Shown in pieces: positions 1 through 11,544 of a stretch of 60,661 bases of DNA. The notes beneath the pieces were generated by a model that saw only the letters and a list, made by a program, of their open reading frames with translations, made no database searches and was not told the DNA's origin. Location of the stretch: the NCBI RefSeq assembly GCF_001194135.2, contig NC_068981.1, positions 125,669,675-125,730,335 on the forward strand. The letters run 5' to 3'. Source of the stretch: Octopus bimaculoides (taxonomy: Eukaryota). Both the position numbers and the translations under genes were made by a program. Each line of letters opens with the position of its first letter. Position 1 is the stretch's first letter.

Positions 1-55
1 ATATATATATATATATACATATATATGTGTATATATATATATATATATATACATA

Positions 56-87
<32 letters not shown>

Positions 88-169
88 CATATATATGTGT
101 ATATATATATATATACATATATACAAATATATGCATATATATATACACATATATATGTATGTATATCTA

Positions 170-207
<38 letters not shown>

Positions 208-217
208 NNNNNNNNNN

Positions 218-257
<40 letters not shown>

Positions 258-260
258 ATA
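1..260. repeat. Compound (AT)n microsatellite with ACAT/GTGT interruptions; contains a 10-N gap
   Basis: Direct reading; N run at 208-217. Confidence 0.97.
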
Positions 261-1109
261 TGTTTATTTGTATGTATAATTTTATAAATCCATGATTGGA
301 TGTAAGTGTGTGTGTGTGTGTGTGTGAGTTACTGGTTAAGCAGTTCACTTTTCAGTCATCAAGTCTTAGTTTTGATATTTGGGTTGCTCACAATACTTTT
401 GGCATAACCTGAGGTTGCCCCACAGCTTGTAAAACTGTAGATCACATTGGATAAAGTGTACTTGCAGTTTAGAAGACCAGCCCAACGTAGTACATAACTC
501 TGATTCCATATGAAAATTACATTAAGCAGGTCAAATGACTGTAACATTCTTAGTCACTTTGAATGATTATTCAATGAGAAGGTTATCCAATTAAATGAAC
601 AGTTGTAATTGACATAAGTGTCCATTGTATTATGTGTGTGTGTGTGTGTATAACAGTTACAAAGAATACAGAGACAGGTACATCTTCAAATTTTTCTTTT
701 AATTTAACAGTTAATTATACTGCATAATTAGTTAGTTAAAATGACCAACATGTGTTTCTGCTGCATAGAGTATATACAGTTGCATATGTAACCAGCAATA
801 TTTTGCTATGCACCTTCATTCAGGGTCTTACCACTAGCTTGGTCTGAAGTGAACTGAGTGGGATTGCTTGCCCTAAGCGACCCTTGATGCTTCTTACTAC
901 TTGATGTGGTCAGCCAGAACCTGGATTATACTTGAGAGCTCTTACAGTACCAACCTGGATAATTTATCCCCATATATGCATTGTGTGTGTGTGTGTATGT
1001 GTGTGTGTGTGTTTGTGTGTGTGTTCATGTGTGTGTGCATGTATGTCAAGGTAGTGCCTCAGCATGGCTACAGTCTAATGACTGAAGCAAGTAAAAGATA
1101 AAATATATG

Positions 1110-1159
1110 TATGTATGTATATACATATGTATGTATATATATATATCTATATATATATA

Positions 1160-1220
<61 letters not shown>
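1110..1220. repeat. (AT)n microsatellite
   Basis: Direct reading. Confidence 0.95.
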
Positions 1221-1222
<2 letters not shown>

Positions 1223-1530
1223 CGGGAGAATTCACAAAAAGACAAAAGACAAAGACAGGTGGTGTAGACAACAGACAGATGTATTAGTTTAACACTCAGG
1301 AAGTGAAAAAGTTTTTAATGTTTCGAGCCTATGCTCTTCTCCAGAAAAGAACACAGAAAGAAACAAGGAGAGAAAATAAAGAATGTGTAGTGGCTAGCGA
1401 TCTAACATGGCAAATGCCGAACAGAAGGGTCACACAGGAGAGCTAAGAAGAAGGGAAGATAATAAAGTAGTCGTGATCCCAAAACGAAGGTGCATGTGTA
1501 TAGGAGAGCATGTATGTGTGTGTGGAAGAG
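1221..1530 (-). mobile_element. Penelope-like element 3' tail (pLTR-like) with degenerate hammerhead-like motif
   Basis: The minus strand is pyrimidine-rich, reads CTGGAGAAGAGCATAGGCTCGAAACATTA and ends at an (AT)n tract. A homologous copy lies at 57860-58030. Confidence 0.55.
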
Positions 1531-1763
1531 GGCTGGTGACCTTGACGTGTGCGTGTGTGTATGTGTAGGTATGTGGATGATGGTGTGGGACTGGGAAGTG
1601 GTCAGTGCTGTGATGTGATGTGGTGTTGTGTGGTATGATGGTGTATATGGGAGTGGGTGTAAGGGATGGGGTGGGGGTTAGATGGGCTGAATAGGAAAGG
1701 TGGGGTTGGATTGTGTAGGGGTGTAAATATATATACATATATATATGTATATATATACACACA

Positions 1764-1987
1764 CAGGGTGGCCCAAAAGTTATTCAACTATCTCTTTCAC
1801 ATTCATATATTAATAGTTTAGATCTTAATTATAAAAAAATATGAAACCATTATTCTATGCTAATTCAGTTAATTTTGTCAAGCTCCCTTTTCAGTTTGTA
1901 AGATAGAAATTTAAATGTAATAAAATGTTTTAAAAGAAATTTAAAGTTCTACTGTGATAACTGTAAACATACTTTTGGGCTACCATG
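1764..1987. mobile_element. Tc1/mariner-type MITE (diverged TIRs)
   Basis: Left end CAGGGTGGCCCAAAAGT; right end reverse complement CATGGTAGCCCAAAAGT; TA on the right flank. Confidence 0.6.
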
Positions 1988-2507
1988 TATACACATACAG
2001 CAGGGTATCCATGTCCAGATATAAACAGTTTGCTAAATGAACAAATTGGGCAATGTATGGTTTTTCTGAAGAAAATTAAACTCACATAATGAGCTGAAAT
2101 TTGATCAAAGGACCATGAGCTGACTATGCACATGTATAAGTGACTGAGAGCCTATTCACTTAACGAGCTGAAATTTGAACAACAAACCGTGACGAGATGA
2201 CACAATGGTATACCAAATGAATAAACTGTGTAGTGAACAGATTTTCGGAAAGAAATTATATGCAGCAAATTGGCTAAAATTGGAACAACCATGAGTAAAC
2301 TAAACAGACATATAAGTGTCTGGGAGAGTGTGTTCAAAATAGTTTAACATACATGTATATATTTCATATAGCTTGAACATTTTCATATTTTATATAGAAA
2401 AGTTTTGTTTTTTTTATTTTGGGGCTAAAGACATAACTATGCATAAACAGATGCAAGACAAAGGGAAAAGAACTCACACATACATGCACACACACACACA
2501 GTATATA

Positions 2508-2706
2508 CGAGTAGGTGCTGAAAAGTTCCTGGCTTTGGGTAAAAGAAAATATAGGAGGATCAGTTAATTATGATAATATTCAACATATTCCCCTCTCAGA
2601 TTGCCGTAATTCTTCATTTTCCCTAAGCTCTGTAAAAGAACTCAGAAAGTTGGGCTGCCAACCAGGCCTTTCGTGATTTCCTTGAAAGCCAGGAACTTTT
2701 CAGCAC
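2508..2706. mobile_element. Mariner-type MITE
   Basis: Perfect 22-bp TIRs GTGCTGAAAAGTTCCTGGCTTT (2515-2536) and AAAGCCAGGAACTTTTCAGCAC (2685-2706); TA-rich flanks. Confidence 0.85.
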
Positions 2707-3199
2707 ATATATTTGTGTATTTGATGTTGATGGATGGACAAATAAAACATTATTTGGTTCCTTTGTGTGGAGTCTGTGTGTGGCTTGGAACAGATTACCT
2801 TTATATTTAATCCATTTACTCATGTAGCAAACAATTTGGTTAACAGACAGGATGCTGGAACAGATTATGTCCATGTATAGAGACATGAAAAAGAAGAAAA
2901 AGTAGAGGCATATAGCACAGAATAACTAGAAGTTTGTACTAAACAACCTATTGTGCTCTGTGGACCAAATGTGTCTGATGCAAATTTCCAATCAGCCTAA
3001 GGGTAGTGTGCTGATAGAAGACATATGTTGTTAACTGCATAAAAGGAGAATTTTCCAATTGTTCAAAGCCTTTGAACCACTGGAAAATTTAGTGCAGCAG
3101 AAAATTCTATCAAGTAGCTAGAAATGATGTCCAGCAACAGTTTTAGTTACCAAGGGATGAAGTAGAATGTATGAGGCTTGCCAATGTTTTATAATATGA

Positions 3200-3965
3200 G
3201 CTTCAGCAATGTGAAGTGTTCCAGTTTACAAAGCTGCATATCAGAAAGAAATGAGTTGCTGGAGAGAAGAGTAGCAACCTTGCACTTGGTGATACTGAAA
3301 GAATAGAGATGTAGAAGTGCTACAGTGAAAGGTTATTGAATGTTGAGAATGCATGGGAAAAAGTGTGTCTTTCTGGTGAATACTCAATAGAGAGACCAGT
3401 CATTCTGAAGGAGTAGAAAACCCCTGGTCTGTCAGGAATTACTGCTGAGATGCTTAAAATACCTGGTGGAGTTGGATACTGTTTAGTCACTTATTTAGTC
3501 GATGAGGATGCATTATTTTCATTGACAGGCATAAGTGTTTTTAGGGTACAGAAATAAAGAAGATACCTTAGAGAGAGGTAATTACAGATGTATCAAATTG
3601 CTGGACAGGTCATGAAAGTTACAAAAATGTTATAGTTCAGTTAATTAGGAAGAGAATTAGCCCAGATGAGATACAGTTAGCTTTTTCTGTGTGGGAGAAA
3701 TACTACGGATACTCTCTTTCTAATGAGGCAACAACTGGATAAGTATTTAGTTAAAAGTAAGCTGCTTTACTGCTTTATATGTTGATGATCTTTTTCCTAT
3801 AGCTGAGTCTCTAGTAGAATGAAAATTGAAATTCCATGTATGCCAGCAAAATCTGGAATCTAAGAACCTCAAAGTTAGATTAGAAAAGACTAAAGTTTTA
3901 GTATATAGGAAAACAAACAGTACTCTACTTCTATCAGGGAAATGGCTTTGCTTGATATGTTATCT
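3200..3965 (+). mobile_element. Decayed RTE-clade LINE reverse transcriptase fragment
   Basis: Frameshifted peptides ERLLNVENAWEK, PGLSGITAEMLKIPGGVGY and QNLESKNLKVRLEKTKVLV; same family as 17600-18555. Confidence 0.8.
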
Positions 3966-5219
3966 CTCCTTCCTGGAACCACTTCCTTTTGACATTCATC
4001 CCTCATTCTTAACATTGTCCTGCCTCAATCTTCCATAAATCACCTTCTTTCTCTCCCTTGAATTACATCCTTTCTCTTACATATCTTTCTCTCCCTTGAA
4101 TTATATCCTATTGACACTCATACATGACTATACCATTTCATATCCACTCCCAACTGCCTTGCACCTTTTTTCACTGTACTATACTCACCCTGACATATTT
4201 ATGGACTCTTCCACCCCAATCACTCTATATCTCTCACCCTCTCTCTCTATCCCACACTCCTGCAATTTTACCACACTCTCCCATCATTTATCTCTCATCA
4301 TTATTTTATTTTTAGTTTTATTATTCTGCTGCTTCTCACTCTTTCTGTACTAACAATCATTAACTTCTCTTCCCTGAGCTACTTTTACTGACATCCTCCC
4401 ATTATTATCTCCTTTCTCCACCTTTCTACCTATATTCATTATTCATGAAAGTCAATCCTGACCTATTTCTAACCATCACTTGTAGCTTTTGCCCATCCAC
4501 ATTTCCTAATTTATCACTATACTTTCTTCAATTTTTGTTGTGGTTTCTGTGATATTGGGTGACTGCAATTCTAATCCTTTTGAGTCTTCCTTCTAATTCT
4601 TAGAGTTTCTTCATAAGTCAGAGATTGAGATTTATTTTGCTTTAATTATGGCCTTATTTATTTTTTTTTTCTTCTTTTTGGTTACTTTTGTCTCTGGAGA
4701 AAGATTTTATAGTTCCTCTAGTAACATTTCTCATGTAGACGAGTCTATGTATTGCACATATACACCTTGGCATATTAAATGTTTTTTTTTTCTTTTTAGT
4801 ATGGGGTTTTGCAGGATCTAAAGGTTAAGCAGTGTTGTGTATATGTGCCTTTGCTGTAAAGATCAGTGTAATAATCACATTGTCTTTAATTATCAAAATG
4901 TTCAGACAAGGAAATGTCCTTTCATTCATTTGTATTGTGAATTTGATCAATTTATGAATGCTATTGATTTTTGAAATCTTTTAAGATCTTTCTTATTTCT
5001 GTTCAGAAATAGGAAAGAATTTTCCAGTAAATTCTGTCCAATTTTCTTTTCAATAAGTTTTGAAACATAGATAAAAAAAACAACCACTGATTAGACATAC
5101 TTTTCTTCTAAAAATACTGTTACTAGCTTTGTAAGAGTGGGTGTGATGTTTGTACCCATTGTTGTTCTTTTTACTTTATAACATGCCATTTACTTTATAA
5201 CATACCACCTCAATTATAC

Positions 5220-5220
<1 letters not shown>

Positions 5221-5279
<59 letters not shown>

Positions 5280-5421
5280 TGTGTGTAAAATATGTGTATG
5301 TTTAGATATAAAATATCTATATTATATATTTACAAGACATTGTGTTTTATTATATGTAAGATATGTATATATTTATATGTAAACATGTATATGATATATA
5401 TATACATATATATAAATACAT

Positions 5422-5464
<43 letters not shown>

Positions 5465-5483
5465 TATATATGCATATATATTT

Positions 5484-5552
<69 letters not shown>

Positions 5553-5620
5553 CATACACACACACACATACACATATATATGCATGTATGTATGTGTGTA
5601 TATGTGTGTGTGTATGCATC
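5221..5620. repeat. Cluster of (AT)n and (CA)n microsatellites
   Basis: Direct reading. Confidence 0.9.
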
Positions 5621-5639
5621 TTCATGCACCATTGATCAG

Positions 5640-5960
5640 TACATTCTCGGAAATGGAACAATGCTTCATATTCAAACTTAGCACCATCTCCAACAGATTA
5701 AAATGAACATTTTCCTATGACTCCTACACCTACTCCTTATTCAGTAATCCCTTCCTTATTCTTCAACTCCCCTCTCACCTCAGTTTTTCCCTTCACTTCA
5801 CCCTTACTTTCACCCATTTGTCCTCCTCATTGCACTCCTCTTTCCTTTTACTTTTATCCTCAAGTTTCTCTCTACTGTTACTATTTATGTCTGTATGAAG
5901 CTGATGTAGTCTTGTCTTCTTCATCAGTTGCAGCCACTTTTTTTTTTCTAAAACAGAGGA
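5640..5960 (+). mobile_element. Putative Penelope-like element ORF C-terminus plus pyrimidine-rich 3' region
   Basis: Peptide SEMEQCFIFKLSTISNRLK*TFSY resembles the PLE GIY-YIG C-terminal motif (EQxFIFxLGTLxPxGxNERFSF); a CT-rich tail follows. Confidence 0.45.
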
Positions 5961-6180
5961 TGTGAAATTTTTCTGTCACTCTTTTTAATTTCACTCCTGT
6001 CAATTTTTATATGAAGAAGGTCATCTGATTTTCCTCTCCCCATAGCAAGTACACTTGCTCCTTCTTTGTTGATTTTTAGTAAATTCTACAAGTCTTACCA
6101 ATGCAGGCCAACACCAGTCTTTGTGAGTCCTGATTTATTGTGTATGTATCTCTGTCTTTCTATGTGTACATATGTGTGTT

Positions 6181-6228
<48 letters not shown>

Positions 6229-6231
<3 letters not shown>

Positions 6232-6381
6232 GGTGCAATGAGTAAATTGTCTCCATTTTATATTTTTAATTCCCTGCATGCGCATAGTTTGTTTTTGATT
6301 TTGCCAACTACATAGTATAGTAGGGTCAGCTGGGCACCATCTTTGAGAAAAACAGCACCATGAAGCAATTCAATCTGCCAG
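6229..6381 (+). mobile_element. 5' end of a Tc1/mariner-type element
   Basis: Starts TA|CAGGGTG directly after an (AT)n tract; a short MKQFNLP start at 6360 is followed by an abrupt switch to opposite-strand transposase sequence. Confidence 0.45.
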
Positions 6382-7097
6382 TAGCTGTTGCAGCCACCTG
6401 AATCATAACTGACTAGATCTTTATGTTCATTTATGAGTCTACCCTCGATGAAGCCAGATACATTCCAAAGTCGGTCATTCTGGTGGTTTACTGTCTGTTT
6501 GATGTCAAATTTCATTTCACCAGTGAACACCAGGTTGGGCAGTGTGCCTTCAACAATCTTGACACTGGATAAGACTTCTTCTCTCCATTTTCATGGCCTT
6601 ATAAACTTGCATGAGCTCATGACAGTGGCTCATCTTGTAAGGTTGGGTCTTGAGATCTTTCAGCACCCGATACATCGATTTTTGGTTTACTTTTGCTGTG
6701 GCAGCCAGTTTTCTAATGGAACAACAAAGATTTTGCTGTATCTTTTCTCTGGAACTTTTGATAAGGTGAGGAGTCTGCACACTTCTTTTTCAGCCACGTC
6801 CAGGTTGATCAGCGGTGGAACCAGTCTCTTGAAATTTCTTGACAATTTTCCAGACTACCGTTCAGTTCATTTTAAGCTTTTTCGCTATAGCTGTATTACT
6901 TTCACATTCTTTGTGGAGGGTTATAATTGTATTTCGGCCTATAGCCATTATCTAATTTATAAATCTGAATTTATTTAGTCTGAAACAAAAAGAAGACACA
7001 CTAAGCTTTTATAATGATGTATAATTTTCATATCTTATCATATTTATTGATAGTTATTAAAGCCTGAAACTTCAGTAGCCTTAATTTCGAGACACCC

Positions 7098-7099
<2 letters not shown>
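6382..7099 (-). mobile_element. 5' half of a decayed Tc1/mariner-superfamily transposon (maT/DD37D-like by motif resemblance)
   Basis: Minus-strand frame from ATG 6948: MAIGRNTIITLHK...KKFQETGSTADQPGRG*KRSVQTP...SIRKLA...PYKM..., then LVFTGEMKFDIKQTVNHQNDRLW and SVMIQVAATATG. Terminus (T)AGGGTGTCTC with TA flank. Confidence 0.9.
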
Positions 7100-7132
<33 letters not shown>

Positions 7133-7927
7133 ATACACACACACACACACACTCACATACGCTCTCTCTCTCTCTTTTATATATAATGAATTACAAGGTA
7201 TATTCAAATATACTTTACACAGTGCAAATATTTTTTGATATAGATCTCAGTACATAGGGTTGAGTGGATAGATATGTATATTATATCAACATTTTATTGT
7301 CTACTCTGAGTTGTTGATAACTTCCATGAACAATCGTGGACAGCTGAATCTGGAATGAAGCTTGGAGTAGACAAACACGCACTGGAACATTGTTGTTAAA
7401 GCCTTGTCATAATTCAGTGTATAACACAACTAAAATACTCAATATTATCATCTTACCAGTTATCCGTGATATTATCTGATTGTTGACAGTGGAAGAACTT
7501 CATTCTGGACAGCTTGCGTAAGTCTGAAAACCCTCAGCCTTCTTATTTAACCCTCGACCAATACATTCAACAAGTGTAGCAGAATAGCCGTCCCTTGATG
7601 ATAGGAGCGTGACTAGCAATAACAGCATTTCAGTATTTCCATATATTTGACCATATGATCCTCCTCGATCAATGAGAATCTACTCACCCCCCCTCTCTCT
7701 CTCTCTCCCTCTCTCCCTCTTCTCACAGGAATATAACCAATATTTTTAGTGTTTCTCACTTAATACCAAGGATTATTTTCAAGCAATATATCATGCAAGT
7801 ACTATGAAATGCTAGCTGAGAGCTATAAATGAGTCTTCCCTTTGAGTTTTGTATCTAGAGTGCTTGTAACTTTTAAGTCTTTACGTTATGGGTATTGGAT
7901 AATGTATAAAATTTGTAAGAATGTATA

Positions 7928-7930
<3 letters not shown>

Positions 7931-7992
<62 letters not shown>
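7931..7992. repeat. (TG)n microsatellite
   Basis: Direct reading. Confidence 0.97.
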
Positions 7993-7994
<2 letters not shown>

Positions 7995-8095
7995 CTGTAC
8001 ATACATGTTCATGTTAAATGCAAGTTATTCTAATGGATTTGGAATCCTTCCAAAGCTGTCAGTGATTATTTTCAAATTTATTTTCATCAAAGCCC

Positions 8096-8470
8096 ATCCT
8101 CATCAGTATCCTCATTGTTTAATGTTCAACTTTTCCATGCTTCCATGCATCAGATGAGATTTGTTGAAGCAAATTTTTCTACTGCTGGATGCTTTTCCTG
8201 TTGCCAATTCTGTTTCCAAGCCTTGTGAGTGGCCAAACATATTTTTTACAGAAGATTGAAAATGAACAACATCACTAACATGGTAGTGATGCTCTTTTAT
8301 AATCACCATGTAATGTCAAGGCAAAGGATCTCACAGTTGCACAAACACACATAGATACATATGTTTACATATATGACGGGTGTCTTTTAGGTTCTATCTA
8401 CCAAATCCACTCACAAGGCTTTGGTTAGTCCAAGGTTATAGTAGATAACACTTACCCAAGATGTCACACA
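8096..8470 (-). mobile_element. SINE family A, tail type 2 (tRNA-head core plus RTE-like GAT tail), 5'-truncated
   Basis: Carries the family-A core (GTGAGTGGATTTGGTAGA) and the same 3' half as 22388-22819. Confidence 0.7.
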
Positions 8471-9027
8471 ATACAGTGTACCACATTTAACAATGTACTT
8501 GCCATACTGTCTTTTATCATAATGACACATCAATCATGCAAGTTAATTATTTGTCTTATCTAATCATGGGAACTATTTTTGCTCCTAGATATTACTTTCT
8601 GGTGTGAATACTATCTCTTGTAACATCTCCAGAATATATGCATTACTCATGATATTTGTATTGACTCAATAGAACCTTAAGTGACTTTTTAATGGCAGTA
8701 CCCCAGCATAGCTACAGCCTCTAGCTGAATCCAATGAAAGGAAAAGCAAAAGATGGTAATAATAAAGGTCTATAATGTAATAAGAGAGTGAATAATAACA
8801 AAATGAACTTTTCTGTGAAAACGAAAACGATTTTTTTTGATAGCTACATGAACTGAAAACCTGAAGAACTTCTGATAATGCTGAAACTGGATGTACATAC
8901 CTTTCTTGATAGTATTTACACCAGAAAGAACAGTTCTAATTACAATGATAGTTAATTGTCAATTTTCATTTCACATAACAGTGTTGTAACTCCTTGTAAC
9001 TGGTTGTTATTTAATATTATCAGTATG

Positions 9028-9111
9028 CAAGTACCAGTTGCATACAGGGGTCAATCTAATCGACTGGCCCATTCACCCGAAATTTTAGGTCTTGTGCCTA
9101 GAGTAGAAACG
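9028..9111 (+). mobile_element. 5'-truncated SINE family B with 15-bp target-site duplication
   Basis: AATATTATCAGTATG at 9013-9027 and 9112-9126 flanks the family-B 3' part (GTACCAGTTGCATACAGGGGTCAATCTAATCGAC). Confidence 0.85.
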
Positions 9112-9420
9112 AATATTATCAGTATGTTAGTAATATAGAGCACCCACTCTGTTCTAATTATGTATTTTGAAAGATGAAACATATCTGGTTCATAATATGA
9201 GGTAAAATGAGGAAGAATTCAAGAGAACCGTTGACAATAATGATTACAGCGTGTGATCAACTCAGTTATAAAAATAGATATCTTCACATGCACACACACA
9301 CACACACACACACAGGTTAGGTATCTACTACGAAATCTTTTCTCTTATGTTGAATTTTGACTTCAGTAACTTGAAATCTTCAAGGTAGAGAGCTATGCTT
9401 TTATCTAAGAGTTCTAAGGA

Positions 9421-9510
9421 CACACACACACACCATGCATGCATGCATGCATACATACATACATACATACATACATACATACATACATACATACATACAT
9501 TTGTGTGTAT
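9421..9510. repeat. (CA)n/(CATG)n/(CATA)n compound microsatellite
   Basis: Direct reading. Confidence 0.9.
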
Positions 9511-9574
9511 GTACATGTGTATGAATGCATATATGTATCAACAATGGCAGCAGCATTATTTAATGCCTGTCTTC

Positions 9575-9925
9575 TACACTAGCTTCCCAACCACACAGTT
9601 CCAGGTTCATTCCCACTGTGTGGTATCTGAAACAAGTGTCTTCTACTATAACTCCTGGATTTGGAAGATAGAAACTTAAAAAATCTTATCATGTATATAT
9701 GTATACATATGTGGTGCATGGATGTGTATCTGTGTTACTTTCTTCTTGTCTTGACATTGCTTGATAGTTGTAATCAAGTGTCACTGTCATACAGGAAATG
9801 TCCATTGTTTCCAATCTTCTGTGTAAACATACCTTGCCATGGAGAAGTATTGCTTTACTTGGAGACAAGTGAGGGTTGGCAAAAGCCAAAAATCCAGTCT
9901 TAGAAAATCCAACTCAATAATTCCT
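9575..9925 (+). mobile_element. SINE family A, tail type 2 (diverged)
   Basis: B-box-like GGTTCATTCCC, core CAAGTGTCTTCTACTATA, and type-2 3' half. Confidence 0.65.
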
Positions 9926-9984
9926 TGCAATCATGTGAGCAAGGAAAAGTGAATATTGAAATGAGGGTGGTGTGTGTGTGTATA

Positions 9985-10036
<52 letters not shown>

Positions 10037-10729
10037 CACACACACACACATATATATATACATGCACACACAAACACATATGTTTTACTGTTTCCTTATC
10101 CCCGCCGCCAACTGCTTATCAAGTTTATCTTTCTATTTGTGCGTGTGTGTGTGTGTTTCATGAAGGGAAGATTGCTTACAATGTGTGTAGGTAATCTTAT
10201 GTCATGTATTTAACATTCATCACTGCATAACTTTTATCCTCTTTACCTCCTCCTAACTATTGCTTGTTAGTTTCAATGTTCTTCTGTCAACTTTAACTTC
10301 TTTCTCCCTCCCCCACCTCTTCAGCTGATTCACACCAACTCCCATGTCATTCCTCCTACTTTTGAAATGATGCCCAATGTACCATTATCATTTTATAAGT
10401 TAGAGATTGTGTGTGAAGATACTAATACAAGTGTAGAATAGAAAAAGCACTGAATTAGTGTTTGGACTGATCAACTTCTTGAACACTAAGTTCTTAATCA
10501 GGATAAAGCAATCTAGCAGAATAAAATTTGTCTGTAAGAAATACAAAGTTCAAGTGAGTAATATAGAGCAAAGCTCATATGTATGCGATTAAGAAATTCA
10601 CTTTGCAATCAAGTTGTTTTGAGTTCCATCTTCCTATATGGTATTTAGGGTAAATGACTTCTTCCATGGGGTCAGGCTGTGGCAGACATACATGCACATA
10701 CACACACAAACATGCAAATACATACATGC

Positions 10730-10820
<91 letters not shown>
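10730..10820. repeat. (AT)n microsatellite
   Basis: Direct reading. Confidence 0.97.
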
Positions 10821-10822
<2 letters not shown>

Positions 10823-10935
10823 GGACAATAAAACAAATGGTTTACACCTGGTAAAGCACGATCATTTTCATAGTGATCGTTAGGTATATAACAAATGAAA
10901 GACAGAAGTTGGAATATATGAAAATTTATTATTTA

Positions 10936-11039
10936 ATCACGACAATTGTTTTGACACTTCTAGCATCGATTCCTCTTATGGGACATGCAACAATTGGTTC
11001 AGGAGCATCCGGTGGTGCTGATGTATCTCATCGGGTGAT
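10936..11039 (-). ncRNA. Type-I hammerhead ribozyme-like fold (core carries two substitutions)
   Basis: Stem I AUCAC/GUGAU; core CCGAUGA; stem II GAUAC/GUGUC closing a ~65-nt insert; AAAA in place of GAAA; palindromic stem III ACAAUUGU; GUC triplet. Confidence 0.6.
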
Positions 11040-11544
11040 ATATAAATAAAAACAACTTGTTAGAATGACTGTTCCACAATGTAACTTACTGTTTTGTAGA
11101 GAGAAAAACAGCCAGACAGAAGAAAAATCTTCATGTATGTAGAAGATCAAAAATAAAATTGCATAAGACAAAAGAGAAACAAACACGTAATCCAGTGAGA
11201 AAAGTATTGAAAATAACCGTTAACAGATATGGATGTATAAATGCCCTCGGGCAAGCTGCATATAGCATGAGTACACACGCTCATACAAGCATTAGCAAAA
11301 ATGTGAGCATACGCACATGCAAAGAAAAGTGAACATTGAAATGAGGGTGGTGTGTGTGTATATATATATGTGTGTGTGTGTGTATATATATATATGTGTA
11401 TGTGTGTGTGTGTGTATAACAAAGCAAGTTAGTTATTTACTTGGTGTTTAGAAGAACGGGGAGGTTAAAAGTAAATTTAAGTCATCCATACCTTAAAGTA
11501 AATTAAATTGCATTAAGTTAATGGTTACTCAAAGTTCATTCTCA

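Noticed and set aside
25-295. ORFs rich in YI/IY/HT/CV dipeptides here and throughout the track
   Set aside because: They are translations of (AT)n and (CA)n microsatellites, often running through N gaps.
1998-2320. CAGGGT-started segment with GAGCTGAAATTTGA repeated twice
   Set aside because: Probably an old DNA-transposon relic, but the putative TIRs are too weak to support.
6433-6978. 181-aa + strand ORF, the longest N-free ORF in the track
   Set aside because: It is the antisense shadow of the minus-strand transposase remnant.
7200-7680. Less AT-rich segment, probably an interspersed repeat
   Set aside because: No ORF, termini or second copy by which to classify it.
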